Both the position numbers and the translations under genes were made by a program. From positions 1,796,366-1,860,365 of the forward strand of contig OY970372.1 in NCBI GenBank assembly GCA_963718735.1: a stretch of 64,000 nucleotides of DNA, read 5' to 3'. Positions 27,730-37,430 of this stretch are shown piece after piece (within the stretch, counting starts at the first letter, position 1; each line of letters begins with the position of its first letter). This DNA is from an uncultured Solirubrobacterales bacterium (lineage in GTDB: Bacteria; Actinomycetota; Thermoleophilia; Solirubrobacterales; Solirubrobacteraceae). The notes under the pieces are model-generated. The model was not told the DNA's origin. It ran no database searches and was given only the letters and a program-made list of their open reading frames with translations.

Positions 27730-29103
27730 TCAGCGCCTGCGCCAAACCAAGCGTGCCCCCGCCGAGGGCACAAGCGTGATCGCGCGGCGGCGGTTCCACT
27801 CTCCCTTGCGCGACAGCCTCCCGCCGCGCGGAGCCACGCTCGGGGCGAGCTCGCTGAGCACGGTCTGCAGGATCAGCTTCATCTCGAGCGTCGCGAACGA
27901 AGCCCCGATGCAGCGTCTGATGCCCCCGCCGAAGGGGATCCACGAAAACGTCTCGGGCGCTTTGTCGAGGAAGCGCTCGGGCATGAACTCGGTCGGCGAC
28001 TCATACACCCGCGGGTTGCGGTTCGTGAGGTAGATCGACGGCACGACGCGCGTGCCCTTGGGCAGCAGCCGCCCACCGACGTCGAGCGGCTCCTGCAGCA
28101 CCCGCACTACCAGCGGCACCACCGGCCTCACGCGCAGGGTCTCGGAGATCACGGCCTGCATGTAAGCGTCGCCCTCCTCAGCGTCGATCTCGGCGACGAG
28201 GCGCGCGAGCTTGCCGGGGTGGCGCGCGAGCCGCTCCATCGCCCACGCCACCGCCGTCGCGGTGGTCTCATGTCCTGCCAGCAGCAACGTCACGAGCTCG
28301 TCGCGCAGCTCCTGATCTGTCATCGCCTGCCCGTCCTCGTCGCGCGCGAGCAACAGCAGCGAGAGGATGTCGGCGCGCTCGGCCAGGTCCTCCTGCGCGC
28401 GGCGGCGGGCGATCTCGGCATAGGTCACCTCGTCGAGGTGGTCGAGCGCGCGGCCGATCGCCCCGGTGGGACGCGCTTCGACGGGGCGGCGCAGCGCGCC
28501 CAGCAGCAGCGCCGGCGTCTGACCAGGCGTGAGCAGCCCCCCGATCGCCTCGCGCAGCGCACCCATCCGCTCAGCCTCCACGCCGAACACGGCGCGCAGG
28601 ATCACCTCGAGCGTGATCGCGCGCGTGCGCACGCTCAGCTTCATCGGCTCGCCGAGAGGCCACTCGGCCATGCTCCGACGCGTGGCCTGCACGATCACGT
28701 CCTCGTACTCGCGCATCCGCTCCCCATGAAACGGCGGAAGCAGGAGCTTGCGCTGACGCATGTGCTCCGGGCCGGTGAGCGTGATCACCGAGCTCGGCCC
28801 CATCACCGGGGCGATCGGCGAGGCGCCCGCCGCCGAGGGGGCCACGTCGGGCGGCGCTGTGAACACGGCCTTGACCGCGTCCGGATCGCTCACCAGCACG
28901 AGTTTGCGCCCGCTGGGCCAGAACGTGAGCGTGAACGGGTCGCCGTAGCGGCGCGCGCACCGATCCATCACCCAGGTCGGCGCGAACGCCCACACGATCG
29001 TTTGCAAGAGCGGGTGGACGCGCGGCCCACGCGGGAGCGCCCCGGCCGGAGGCTCTGCGAGCGCAGCGGGTCTTACAAGCGGCTGCGCGACGGCGGTGGC
29101 CAC
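27730..29103 (-). CDS. Cytochrome P450
   Basis: AGHETTA I-helix, ETLR, PERF and FGGGIRRCIG heme motif. Confidence 0.95.
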   Translation of the reverse strand: MATAVAQPLVRPAALAEPPAGALPRGPRVHPLLQTIVWAFAPTWVMDRCARRYGDPFTLTFWPSGRKLVLVSDPDAVKAVFTAPPDVAPSAAGASPIAPVMGPSSVITLTGPEHMRQRKLLLPPFHGERMREYEDVIVQATRRSMAEWPLGEPMKLSVRTRAITLEVILRAVFGVEAERMGALREAIGGLLTPGQTPALLLGALRRPVEARPTGAIGRALDHLDEVTYAEIARRRAQEDLAERADILSLLLLARDEDGQAMTDQELRDELVTLLLAGHETTATAVAWAMERLARHPGKLARLVAEIDAEEGDAYMQAVISETLRVRPVVPLVVRVLQEPLDVGGRLLPKGTRVVPSIYLTNRNPRVYESPTEFMPERFLDKAPETFSWIPFGGGIRRCIGASFATLEMKLILQTVLSELAPSVAPRGGRLSRKGEWNRRRAITLVPSAGARLVWRRR

Positions 29104-29792
29104 CCGATAAGCCTATCGGGCTGCGGCTCGCTCTCGGCGATCGCGGCCAGAACGCGCTCGTGGGCGCGCTCGACCTGCTCGCTTGAGAGCGTCCGATCGT
29201 GGCGCTTCAAATAGGCCAGCAGCATCCGTGCCGGGAGCACGCGCACGCCGCGGCGACGGGCGAGCGGCTTGTCGACCCACGCACGGCTGAACACCACGAG
29301 CGGCTCGGCGCGCTCGCCCGTTATCCGTTCGAGCGTCTCGCGCTGCTCCTGGGCCTGGCGCAGCACGGCTCCGTGGATGGTGCGCACGCGCACGGGATCC
29401 TGCCGGCTCTTCGTCTCGACGGTGAACACTCCCGCGCTCCCGAGCACGATGTGATCGACGTTGCCGTGGCCGAAGCTGGCGTCGTGGATGACACGCCAGC
29501 CTCCGCGCGAGAGCTCGTCGAGCAGCCCCCCGACGTGCTCCTCGCCGGCGGCGCCCCGATCGTGGCGGTCGACGAGCGGAAGCACGTAGCGCGAGACGGC
29601 GAACATCGTCACGAGCAGGGCAAGCTCGGCGCCGATGAACAGCGGGCTGTGCAAGCCGAAGGCGCGACCCAGCACGGTCGTGAGCACGGCCAGCACGCCG
29701 AGCGCCGCGAGCGTGCGCAGCCGCAAGCGCAGGAACGTCGCGCGCGCGTGCTGCCCCGGCATGCGGGCGGCGGGATCGCTGCGTTTGGGCAT
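29073..29792 (-). CDS. NERD (nuclease-related) domain membrane protein
   Basis: Two TM helices, then GAAGEE, WRVIHD, NVDHIV and FTVETKS. Start uncertain. Confidence 0.8.
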   Translation of the reverse strand: MPKRSDPAARMPGQHARATFLRLRLRTLAALGVLAVLTTVLGRAFGLHSPLFIGAELALLVTMFAVSRYVLPLVDRHDRGAAGEEHVGGLLDELSRGGWRVIHDASFGHGNVDHIVLGSAGVFTVETKSRQDPVRVRTIHGAVLRQAQEQRETLERITGERAEPLVVFSRAWVDKPLARRRGVRVLPARMLLAYLKRHDRTLSSEQVERAHERVLAAIAESEPQPDRLIGWPPPSRSRL

Positions 29793-30054
29793 GCGCACCG
29801 GGTGGCCGCAAACGGTCGGCATATACCCAGGCATCGGCCGCGCCCAGGACGCTTCTTTAGCTTTGACCCGCTTCCCCGCAGGGGGCGACTCGAGCCTTAC
29901 CCCTCGGGTCCAGCGCTGGCCGACTGTTCGAGCTGGATGCGCCTTCTGCATGAGACTTCCGAGAAAAGCGTGGAACGTGCGACCATCCTTCTAAAGCCGG
30001 CCGCGAGCCGGGTCGAAGGCATGAGCAGGCCGCCACTTACAACGGCCTTTTGTC

Positions 30055-30504
30055 ATGTCCGAATCATTTGACCACACAGACGCCCACGTGCTTCCATCAG
30101 ACATGCGGCTGCTGCTGCGCGCCGACGCCGAGCAGTGCTGGCTGCACCGCAAGGTGCTCCCGGTCTTGCGAGAGGTGGAGACGCCCGAGGAGCTTCCCGA
30201 GGAGGAGGTCGGCGCCGCGCTCGCCTACCTAGAGGCGATGTGGAGCGAGGCGACGGCGCGCGCGCGCGCGACCGACGCCGCCCACCTAACGCTGTGCTCG
30301 CACGACCGAGAGCACGAGACTCTGGCTGGCCCTGCGAGCCGCTATCACACCGCGGTGCGCGTGCTGCGCGAGATCGTCGCCGAGCGCGTCGCGCCATTCG
30401 TGGAGCCGGGGCTCGACTTCGAGAGGCAGGGGCCCAACGCGAGCGAGGGCGGCCTGCGCGTCAAGGACACGCGCTCGGACGGCTGCGCCCCGCGCGCTGC
30501 TTAG
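30055..30504 (+). CDS. Hypothetical protein
   Basis: 149-aa ORF with GC3-biased codons and helical composition. Confidence 0.55.
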   Translation: MSESFDHTDAHVLPSDMRLLLRADAEQCWLHRKVLPVLREVETPEELPEEEVGAALAYLEAMWSEATARARATDAAHLTLCSHDREHETLAGPASRYHTAVRVLREIVAERVAPFVEPGLDFERQGPNASEGGLRVKDTRSDGCAPRAA

Positions 30505-30542
30505 CGCGCCGTTACCTTCGCACAGCCTACTCCGCGCAGGAA

Positions 30543-30742
30543 CGGCCATCTCACGGTAGTACGCGGCCATCTCAGGGCGTGCAGCTATCGCACGTTGCGA
30601 ACAGGCCTCGCCACGACCGGCCTGCGCACACCTGTGACGAGCGGCGGACAGACAGACGCTGCAGCCACAGCCGTGCGACACGCAGGGAGGGCGCACGGCT
30701 CAGACACGCAGGGACGGCGCACGGACACGCAGGGACGGCGCA
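30543..30742. repeat. Two 21-bp-period repeat sets: CGGCCATCTCA x2 and GACACGCAGGGA(C/G)GGCGCA x3
   Basis: Copies at 30543 and 30564, and at about 30677, 30703 and 30724, in the intergenic region upstream of the PHP gene. Confidence 0.75.
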
Positions 30743-30809
30743 GACATCGCGTCGCGGTCACACGCGCGCGCACACGAGTGGCGCGCTCGGATCGCGTAGG
30801 CTTCGCCGC

Positions 30810-31727
30810 GTGTCCGAGTCGCCCGCCGCGGGAGCGCCCCGCTTTGACCTGCAGTCGCACTCGACGCGCTCCGACGGAGCGCTCGAGCCAGCGGAGGTTG
30901 TGGCAGCCGCCGCCAAGGCGGGCGTGGAGCTGCTGGCGCTCACCGACCACGACACGCTCGCGGGGGTGCCAGAGGCGCTGGAGGCGAGCACAGTGCATGG
31001 CATCGCCGTGGTTCCCGCAATCGAGATCTCCGCGATCGACGACGGCGGCGAGCACGGCACGGCCCGCGAACTGCACATACTCGGCTACCTCGTGGACCAC
31101 GCCGATCCGGCCTTCACGGCCACGCTCGACGGCTTCCTCGCCGACCGTGAGCAGCGCACCCTGCGGATGGCCGGCAATCTCCGCGAGCTCGGGATCGAGC
31201 TCGACGAAGCGGCGATAGCCGCCCGCGTGAGCGCCGGCGAGCCGATCGGCCGCCCGCACCTCGCCGAGGCCGCGCTCGCCCATCCAGCCAACGCAGAGCG
31301 GTTTCGCGAGGAGCGGATCGACGACGTCGGCTCGTTCATAAGGGCCTATCTGATCGAGGGCCACTCCGCCTTCTCGCTACGCGTGACGCCGACCGTCGCC
31401 GAGGCGATCGAGGCGATCCACGGCGCCGGCGGCGTGGCGATCTGGGCGCACCCCTTCTGGGACGTGTCAGACCCTGCGGAGGCAATCGCGACGGTCGACC
31501 GCTTCGCGGCGCTCGGCATCGACGGCGTCGAGGCGTTCTACGTGACCCACACGCGCGAGCAGACCGAGCTGCTCCACACGCGCTGCCTCGAGCTCGACAT
31601 GCTGAGCACGGGCTCGGCCGACTTCCACGGCCCCGAGAACCGCCTGTTCTCACGCTTCAGGGCATTCGAGACTCACGGCTTGCAGCCCAATCTCGGGCCA
31701 ATCGCCACGCTCGCCCAAACTCGATAG
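30810..31727 (+). CDS. PHP-domain metallophosphoesterase (YciV/TrpH-like)
   Basis: DLQSHS...SDG, TDHD, HILGY, GRPH, AHP and GSADFHG. GTG start at 30810. Confidence 0.88.
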   Translation: MSESPAAGAPRFDLQSHSTRSDGALEPAEVVAAAAKAGVELLALTDHDTLAGVPEALEASTVHGIAVVPAIEISAIDDGGEHGTARELHILGYLVDHADPAFTATLDGFLADREQRTLRMAGNLRELGIELDEAAIAARVSAGEPIGRPHLAEAALAHPANAERFREERIDDVGSFIRAYLIEGHSAFSLRVTPTVAEAIEAIHGAGGVAIWAHPFWDVSDPAEAIATVDRFAALGIDGVEAFYVTHTREQTELLHTRCLELDMLSTGSADFHGPENRLFSRFRAFETHGLQPNLGPIATLAQTR

Positions 31728-31818
31728 GAGTCCTCGCGCCGCAGGCGGCGCTGCACCGGGAAGCGGGCGCAGGACGGAGGCACGCCCGCCGGACCCGAAG
31801 GGTCCCATCCCAAAAAAG

Positions 31819-32997
31819 TCAATCTGCGGACGAGCCGAGCAGAGCCGCCAGCCTGTACGCGAGCGCTTCGAAGACCAGCTCCTCCGAGACGTTCAACGGC
31901 AGGCGCAGCCGCGCGTCGCGGGCGAGCTCGACGCCGTGCAGCAACGCGCCCGGCTCGCGGCCCTGCGCACCGGCTGCGAGCTCAGCCGAACGGTCGCTCG
32001 CAAACGCAAGCTCGGGGGCGCCGGCGGCTACGCACCAAATGTCGCGCAGCCACAGCTCCACCAAGCTCAGACCGAGGTCGAGCATTGCGGTGCGCGCGCG
32101 GCGCTCCGCGCGGCGCACGACGTCGACCCCTTCGCGCTCGTACTTGCGCCGCTCCTTGCCCGGCAGCAGCTCCGCCTGCTCGCGCAGGCGCTCGCTCGCC
32201 GCGGCGCCCGCCTCCGCGCCGGCGACCTTTGCCATCTCGAGCAAGCTCGTCCAGCGCCGCTCGTGCACATGCGCGCCGAGCGCCGAGCTCACGAACCGCT
32301 CGGCCCACTCGCGCAGAGCGACGCCCCGCTCTCCGGCAAGCAGCCTCGCTAGTCGCGCGTCGCCGGCCGCCAGGCGCGCGCACGCGCCGGCCCGGCTCTC
32401 GTCGATCGCCTCGCCGTCCTCGCCGTCGATCAGGCGCCTCTGCACGAGCTCGCTCGAGAGCGGGTCGAAGCGCACCCCTTGGCAGCGCGAGGCGATCGTG
32501 GGGAGCACGTCCTCGCGGTGTTCGGCGAGCAGGATCAGGTGGGCGAACGACGGGGGCTCCTCGAGCGTCTTGAGCAGGCGGTTGGCGGCCTGGTCGTTCA
32601 TAGTGCCGGCCGCTTCGATCACGAACACCCTGCGACTCGACTCGAAGGGTGTGCGCGTGACCGCCGCCACGACCGGCTCGTCGATGTCGCTCACGAGCAC
32701 TTCGCTAGCCCCGCTGGGAGTCACCCAGGTCAGGTCGGGATGCGCATCGCGCGCCACGCGCTCGGCCACGGTGTCGGGTTGGCGCGCCCCGTCTGCGAGC
32801 AGCGCCGCCGCGAACGAGCGGGCTACCGTGCGCTTGCCGGCGCCTTCGGGGCCGTAGAACAGGTATGCGTGCGATGGAGCTCCGCCGGGCGCCAGCGCCG
32901 GCAGCAGCACCGCGCGTGCGTGCGGGTGCGGCTCGATGCCCGGCAAGATCGCCTCCGGGGCGTCCAAGGGAGTTACGCCGGCAGACACTCCGGTCAT
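31819..32997 (-). CDS. holB: DNA polymerase III subunit delta-prime
   Basis: HAYLFYGPEGAGKR, HPD, AANRLLKTLEEPP and LPTIASRCQ. Confidence 0.85.
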   Translation of the reverse strand: MTGVSAGVTPLDAPEAILPGIEPHPHARAVLLPALAPGGAPSHAYLFYGPEGAGKRTVARSFAAALLADGARQPDTVAERVARDAHPDLTWVTPSGASEVLVSDIDEPVVAAVTRTPFESSRRVFVIEAAGTMNDQAANRLLKTLEEPPSFAHLILLAEHREDVLPTIASRCQGVRFDPLSSELVQRRLIDGEDGEAIDESRAGACARLAAGDARLARLLAGERGVALREWAERFVSSALGAHVHERRWTSLLEMAKVAGAEAGAAASERLREQAELLPGKERRKYEREGVDVVRRAERRARTAMLDLGLSLVELWLRDIWCVAAGAPELAFASDRSAELAAGAQGREPGALLHGVELARDARLRLPLNVSEELVFEALAYRLAALLGSSAD

Positions 32998-33022
32998 CCT
33001 AGATGGGCGCTACCGTGCGCTC

Positions 33023-33658
33023 GTGCCGCGCGGCAGGCTCATCACGATCGAGGGCCTGGACGGCGCCGGCAAGTCGACGCTCGCCGCCGCGCTCGCCCAG
33101 AGCCTGAGGGACCGCGGCGTGCGCGTCGAGCTGCTGCACGAGCCGGGCGGGGTGGCCCTCTCCGAGCGGATCGCCAAGCTCGTCAAGGACCCCTCCTCGG
33201 CGATCGGAGGGCGCGCCGAGGCGCTGCTGTACGCCGCCGCGCGCGCGCAGCTCGTGCAAGAGCGCGTAGCTCCGCTGCTCGAGGAGGGCGCATGGGTGCT
33301 GCTCGACCGCTTCGTGGACTCCTCGCTCGCCTACCAGGGCGCGGGCCGCGGGCTCGGGGTCGAGCAGGTGCGCGCCGTCAATGCGCTCGCGACCGGCGAG
33401 TTGACGGCAGACCGCACGCTGCTGCTGCGCGTGGCGCCCGCGATCGGACGTGCCCGCCTGCGCGCGCGGGGCGCCGCCCCCGACCGTCTCGAGCTCGAGG
33501 GGGAGCCCTTCTTCCAGACGGTCGCAGCCGCCTACGAGCGGCTCGCACTCGCCGAGCCGGGCAGGATCAGACCTATCGACGCCCAGCAATCGCCCGCGCG
33601 TGTGTTGGAGCTGGCGCTCGCCGAGATCGAGGATCTGCTCACCTCGCGCACACGATGA
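33023..33658 (+). CDS. tmk: Thymidylate kinase
   Basis: ITIEGLDGAGKST, HEPGG, LLYAAAR, LDRFVDSSLAYQG and IDA. Confidence 0.93.
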   Translation: MPRGRLITIEGLDGAGKSTLAAALAQSLRDRGVRVELLHEPGGVALSERIAKLVKDPSSAIGGRAEALLYAAARAQLVQERVAPLLEEGAWVLLDRFVDSSLAYQGAGRGLGVEQVRAVNALATGELTADRTLLLRVAPAIGRARLRARGAAPDRLELEGEPFFQTVAAAYERLALAEPGRIRPIDAQQSPARVLELALAEIEDLLTSRTR

Positions 33659-33774
33659 CCGTCGGATCCGCGGCGTGCCCGGCCGTGGAAGATCAGGGAT
33701 GGCGCGCTTGCGCGCGCGTGGCGTGCTGGGGCGGGGAAGCCCGCCTGCCCCTGCGTCTGCAGGCGCCCGTTAGC

Positions 33775-34452
33775 ATGACCACAGCGATGACCCTCCGAGC
33801 CGATCGCATAATCTGCCGTGCGCGTGGCCGCTCATGCGCTGCGGTCGCCTGCGCCCTCGCGGCGCTCGCCTTGACCTCACCCCCATGGGCTGGAGCCGCT
33901 GGCGCGACGGGGCAGACGACGACCGACAAGAAGCTTGGGATCCCGATACCGGCGTCGGCCCGCGTGAAAGGCACGAGCGCCTCGCCGACGGCCTCGGCCC
34001 CGGCGAGCACCACGCCCACGACGAGCATCCCGACGGCCACGACACCCGCTACGCCCGCGACCACCCCCACGACGACCCTCCCCGCCGGCGGCGCCCAGCC
34101 GGGCACCGTGGCTCCGGCCCCCCCGGCTCCCACTACTCCGGCGACGACGGCGCCGCCCGGGGCGAGCGTGCCGAGGACGACGACCCCCGCCACCCCACTG
34201 GCGGGGTCGACCACCGCGGTGGGGATCGCCCGCAAGACGACGCCAAGCCATACGCGCCTGTCCGCAGGGGCGCTCGCGCTGGCGGCACTCGGCGCGCTGC
34301 TCGCGCTCGGCTGCCTGGTGTGGGCGCTTGGCCGCTGGCTAGCGCTGGAACCGCGCTGGACGACGTCCTTCGTGCACTCGCTGCGCGAGGCCACCTACCG
34401 CGCGTCGGCCACGTGGGCTGAGTTCAGCGACTGGGCGCGCTTGGGTCACTGA
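33775..34452 (+). CDS. Pro/Thr/Ala-rich surface protein with signal peptide and C-terminal TM
   Basis: Hydrophobic N-terminus, long PTT/PATT linker, TM LALAALGALLALGCLVWAL and a short tail. Confidence 0.65.
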   Translation: MTTAMTLRADRIICRARGRSCAAVACALAALALTSPPWAGAAGATGQTTTDKKLGIPIPASARVKGTSASPTASAPASTTPTTSIPTATTPATPATTPTTTLPAGGAQPGTVAPAPPAPTTPATTAPPGASVPRTTTPATPLAGSTTAVGIARKTTPSHTRLSAGALALAALGALLALGCLVWALGRWLALEPRWTTSFVHSLREATYRASATWAEFSDWARLGH

Positions 34453-34573
34453 GAAAACCCCTCTAAAATAGATGTTTCATGCGGTCTGTCCGCGGCGCGC
34501 GCAACGATGCTCGGCCCCAGGTGAACAGAGTCGAGTGGGCGTCGCAAGCGCCGGCGCTCAGGAGGTAAGGCCG

Positions 34574-37423
34574 ATGGATTCAACCCCGCACCCCACGATC
34601 CCGCAGGAGGCGGCGGCAGGCGTCGCGCTGGCCGTAGAGCGGCTGTTCACCTCCGCCGAGACGCACCCGTTCGATCTGGTCGAGTGGGAGTTGCGCGATG
34701 CGCGTATCGGTCACGGCGACCGGGTCGCCTTCGAGCAGAGCGGTGTCGAGTTTCCCAAGGGCTGGAGCCAGAACGCGACGAACATTGTCGCCCAGAAGTA
34801 CTTCCGCGGGCAGATCGGCCACCCGGCTCGCGAGCGCTCTGTCAAGCAGATGATCGGCCGTGTCGCCGGCACGATCGCCGGCTGGGGACGCGAGCGCGCC
34901 TACTTCGCGACCGAGGATGACGCCGACGCGTTCGAGGCAGAGCTCACACACATCCTGTTGCATCAGATGGCGGCCTTCAACTCGCCCGTGTGGTTCAACG
35001 TCGGCTTCGAGGAGAGCCCGCAGTGCTCGGCCTGCTTCATCCTCTCGGTCAGCGACACGATGGAGTCGATCCTCGAGTGGAACACCAAGGAGGGCAACAT
35101 CTTCCGCGGCGGCTCGGGCTCGGGCATCAACCTGTCCAACATCCGCGGCTCGATGGAGCCGCTCGCCAAGGGCGGCACAGCCTCCGGGCCCGTGTCGTTC
35201 ATGCGCGGCGCCGACTCGTGGGCTGGCACGATCAAGTCAGGCGGCAAGACGCGCCGCGCGGCAAAGATGGTGGTGCTCGACGTCGACCACCCCGACATCC
35301 GCGAGTTCATCTGGTGCAAGGCCAAGGAGGAGGACAAGGCCGAGGCGTTGCGCGACGCCGGCTTTGACATGTCGATCGACGGCGACGGCTTCAAGTCGAT
35401 CCAGTACCAGAACGCCAACAACTCGGTGCGGATCACCGACGAGTTCATGCGCGCCGTCGAGGAGGACGAGGAGTGGCGGTTGACGGCTCGCTCCACGGGC
35501 AAGCCGGTCGGTGAGCCGCTGCGCGCACGCGAGTTGATGCGCGAGATCGCAGAAGCCGCCTGGCGCTGCGCCGATCCGGGAGTGCAGTACGACACGACCA
35601 TCAACCAGTGGCACACCTCCCCCAACAGCGGTCGCATCAACGCTTCCAACCCGTGCAGCGAGTACATGCACGTGGATGACTCGGCCTGCAACCTGGCCTC
35701 GCTGAACCTGATGAAGTTCCGTCGCCCAGACGGCACGCTCGACGTGAAGTCCTTCGAGCACACCGTCGACATCATGCTGCTCGCGCAGGAGATAGTGGTC
35801 GGGCCCTCGAGCTACCCCACCGAGGAGATCGGCGTGAACGCGCGCGCGTTCCGCCAGCTCGGCCTCGGCTACGCGAACCTCGGCGCCTATCTGATGAGCA
35901 ACGGCATGCCCTACGACTCCGAGGAGGGCAGAGGCGCCGCCGCGGCGATCACCGCGCTGATGACCGGGCGCGCCTACCGCGAGTCCGCCCGCATCGCCGC
36001 CGCGCTCGGCCCGTACGAGCGTTATGAGGAGAACCGTGAGGAGCACAACAACGTGATGAGGATGCACGGCGACGCGTCCCACGCGATTCCCGAGTCGGCC
36101 TGCGTGGACACGGAGCTGCTCGACGCCGCACGGCGCTCCTGGGAGGAGGCTGTCGAGCTCGGCGAGCGCCACGGCTACCGAAACGCGCAGGCGACCGTGC
36201 TCGCTCCGACCGGCACGATCTCATTCTTGATGGACTGCGACACGACCGGAGTGGAGCCAGACTTCTCGCTCGTCAAGTTCAAGGAGCTCGTCGGCGGCGG
36301 GCAGATGACGATCGTCAACCGCACCGTGCCGCTCGCGCTTCAGACGCTCGGCTACACAGAGCAACAGGTCGAGCAGATCGAGGCTCACCTAGCCGAGCAC
36401 GGCACGCTCGTTGGAGCTCCCGAGCTCGCCGAGGAGCATATGCCCGTGTTCGACGTCGCCGTCGGCGAGCGCGCGATCTCGCACATGGGCCACCTGAAGA
36501 TGATGGGCGCCGTACAGCCGTTCATCTCAGGGGCCATCTCCAAGACCGTCAACCTGCCTGAGAGCGCCACCGTCGAGGACATCGCCGACGCCTACACGCA
36601 GGCATGGCACCTCGGCATCAAGGCGCTCGCCATCTACCGCGACGGCTCGAAGACCGCGCAGGCCTTGCGCACCGACGCCCAGAAGACCAAGGCCGGGGTG
36701 GGTGGGACTGCCGATGAAATCGACGCGATCGTCGATCGAGCCGTCGCCAAGGCGCTCGCCGAGGCCGGCCCACGACGCAAGCGCATGCCGCGCGAGCGCC
36801 AGTCGATCACACACAAGTTCTCGATCGGCGGCCACGAGGGCTACATCACCGCCGGGATGTACGAGGACGGCAGCGTCGGAGAGATCTTCCTCACAGACAT
36901 CGGCAAGGAGGGCTCGACGCTCAGGGGCATGATGAACTCGTTTGCCACCGCCATCTCGATCGCCCTGCAGTACGGGGTGCCGCTCGAAACGCTGGTGCAG
37001 AAGTTCAGCTACATGCGCTTCGAGCCAGAGGGGATCACCAACAACCCCGAGATCCCCTTCGCCAAGTCGATGCCCGACTACATCATGCGCTGGCTGGGCT
37101 CGCGCTGGCTCGACGTCGATACCCAGGAAGAGCTCGGCATCCTCACCCCCGAGGTACGCGCCCGCAAGGCCGCCCAGGAGGCCGCCCAGTCGGTGAGCTC
37201 CTCCGACACGGCCGGGCCCAAGGCGACGGACGGCCCTCACGCGACAGCAGGCGGCGGCTCTAGCGCACCGACCGCCGCCCTCACCGATTCTCCACCCGTC
37301 GTCCCCGCCCGCTTGCAAGGCCTCGACCTCGGACCGGCCTGCAGCCAGTGTGGAGGCATGATGCAACGCACCGGCTCGTGCTACACCTGTTCAAGCTGCG
37401 GCAATAACACAGGTTGCGGTTGA
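34574..37423 (+). CDS. nrdJ: Class II (B12-dependent) ribonucleotide reductase with TSCPD domain and C-terminal Zn ribbon
   Basis: GGAGG RBS. AFNSP, SACF, NPCSEY, LAPTGT, GAISKT, YRDGSK and CSQCGG...CYTCSSCG. Confidence 0.95.
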   Translation: MDSTPHPTIPQEAAAGVALAVERLFTSAETHPFDLVEWELRDARIGHGDRVAFEQSGVEFPKGWSQNATNIVAQKYFRGQIGHPARERSVKQMIGRVAGTIAGWGRERAYFATEDDADAFEAELTHILLHQMAAFNSPVWFNVGFEESPQCSACFILSVSDTMESILEWNTKEGNIFRGGSGSGINLSNIRGSMEPLAKGGTASGPVSFMRGADSWAGTIKSGGKTRRAAKMVVLDVDHPDIREFIWCKAKEEDKAEALRDAGFDMSIDGDGFKSIQYQNANNSVRITDEFMRAVEEDEEWRLTARSTGKPVGEPLRARELMREIAEAAWRCADPGVQYDTTINQWHTSPNSGRINASNPCSEYMHVDDSACNLASLNLMKFRRPDGTLDVKSFEHTVDIMLLAQEIVVGPSSYPTEEIGVNARAFRQLGLGYANLGAYLMSNGMPYDSEEGRGAAAAITALMTGRAYRESARIAAALGPYERYEENREEHNNVMRMHGDASHAIPESACVDTELLDAARRSWEEAVELGERHGYRNAQATVLAPTGTISFLMDCDTTGVEPDFSLVKFKELVGGGQMTIVNRTVPLALQTLGYTEQQVEQIEAHLAEHGTLVGAPELAEEHMPVFDVAVGERAISHMGHLKMMGAVQPFISGAISKTVNLPESATVEDIADAYTQAWHLGIKALAIYRDGSKTAQALRTDAQKTKAGVGGTADEIDAIVDRAVAKALAEAGPRRKRMPRERQSITHKFSIGGHEGYITAGMYEDGSVGEIFLTDIGKEGSTLRGMMNSFATAISIALQYGVPLETLVQKFSYMRFEPEGITNNPEIPFAKSMPDYIMRWLGSRWLDVDTQEELGILTPEVRARKAAQEAAQSVSSSDTAGPKATDGPHATAGGGSSAPTAALTDSPPVVPARLQGLDLGPACSQCGGMMQRTGSCYTCSSCGNNTGCG

Positions 37424-37430
37424 GATCGGG

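Noticed and set aside
27730-29103. P450 as a tailoring enzyme of the terpene module
   Set aside because: About 13.6 kb away among housekeeping genes, with no sequence evidence linking them.
30677-30742. Tandem repeats as a CRISPR array
   Set aside because: Units are adjacent or separated by 5 nt or less, with no unique 25-45-nt spacers and no cas genes.
33960-34240. ACC/ACG-rich repetitive DNA
   Set aside because: Explained as the Pro/Thr linker of the surface protein.
34455-34480. NrdR box upstream of nrdJ (TCTAAAATAGA)
   Set aside because: The palindrome core is one base shorter than CWA-N4-TWG and there is no second box. No cobalamin riboswitch was recognisable either.
34574-37423. Intein or intron in nrdJ
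   Set aside because: Continuous frame of normal length with no splice-junction or LAGLIDADG motifs.
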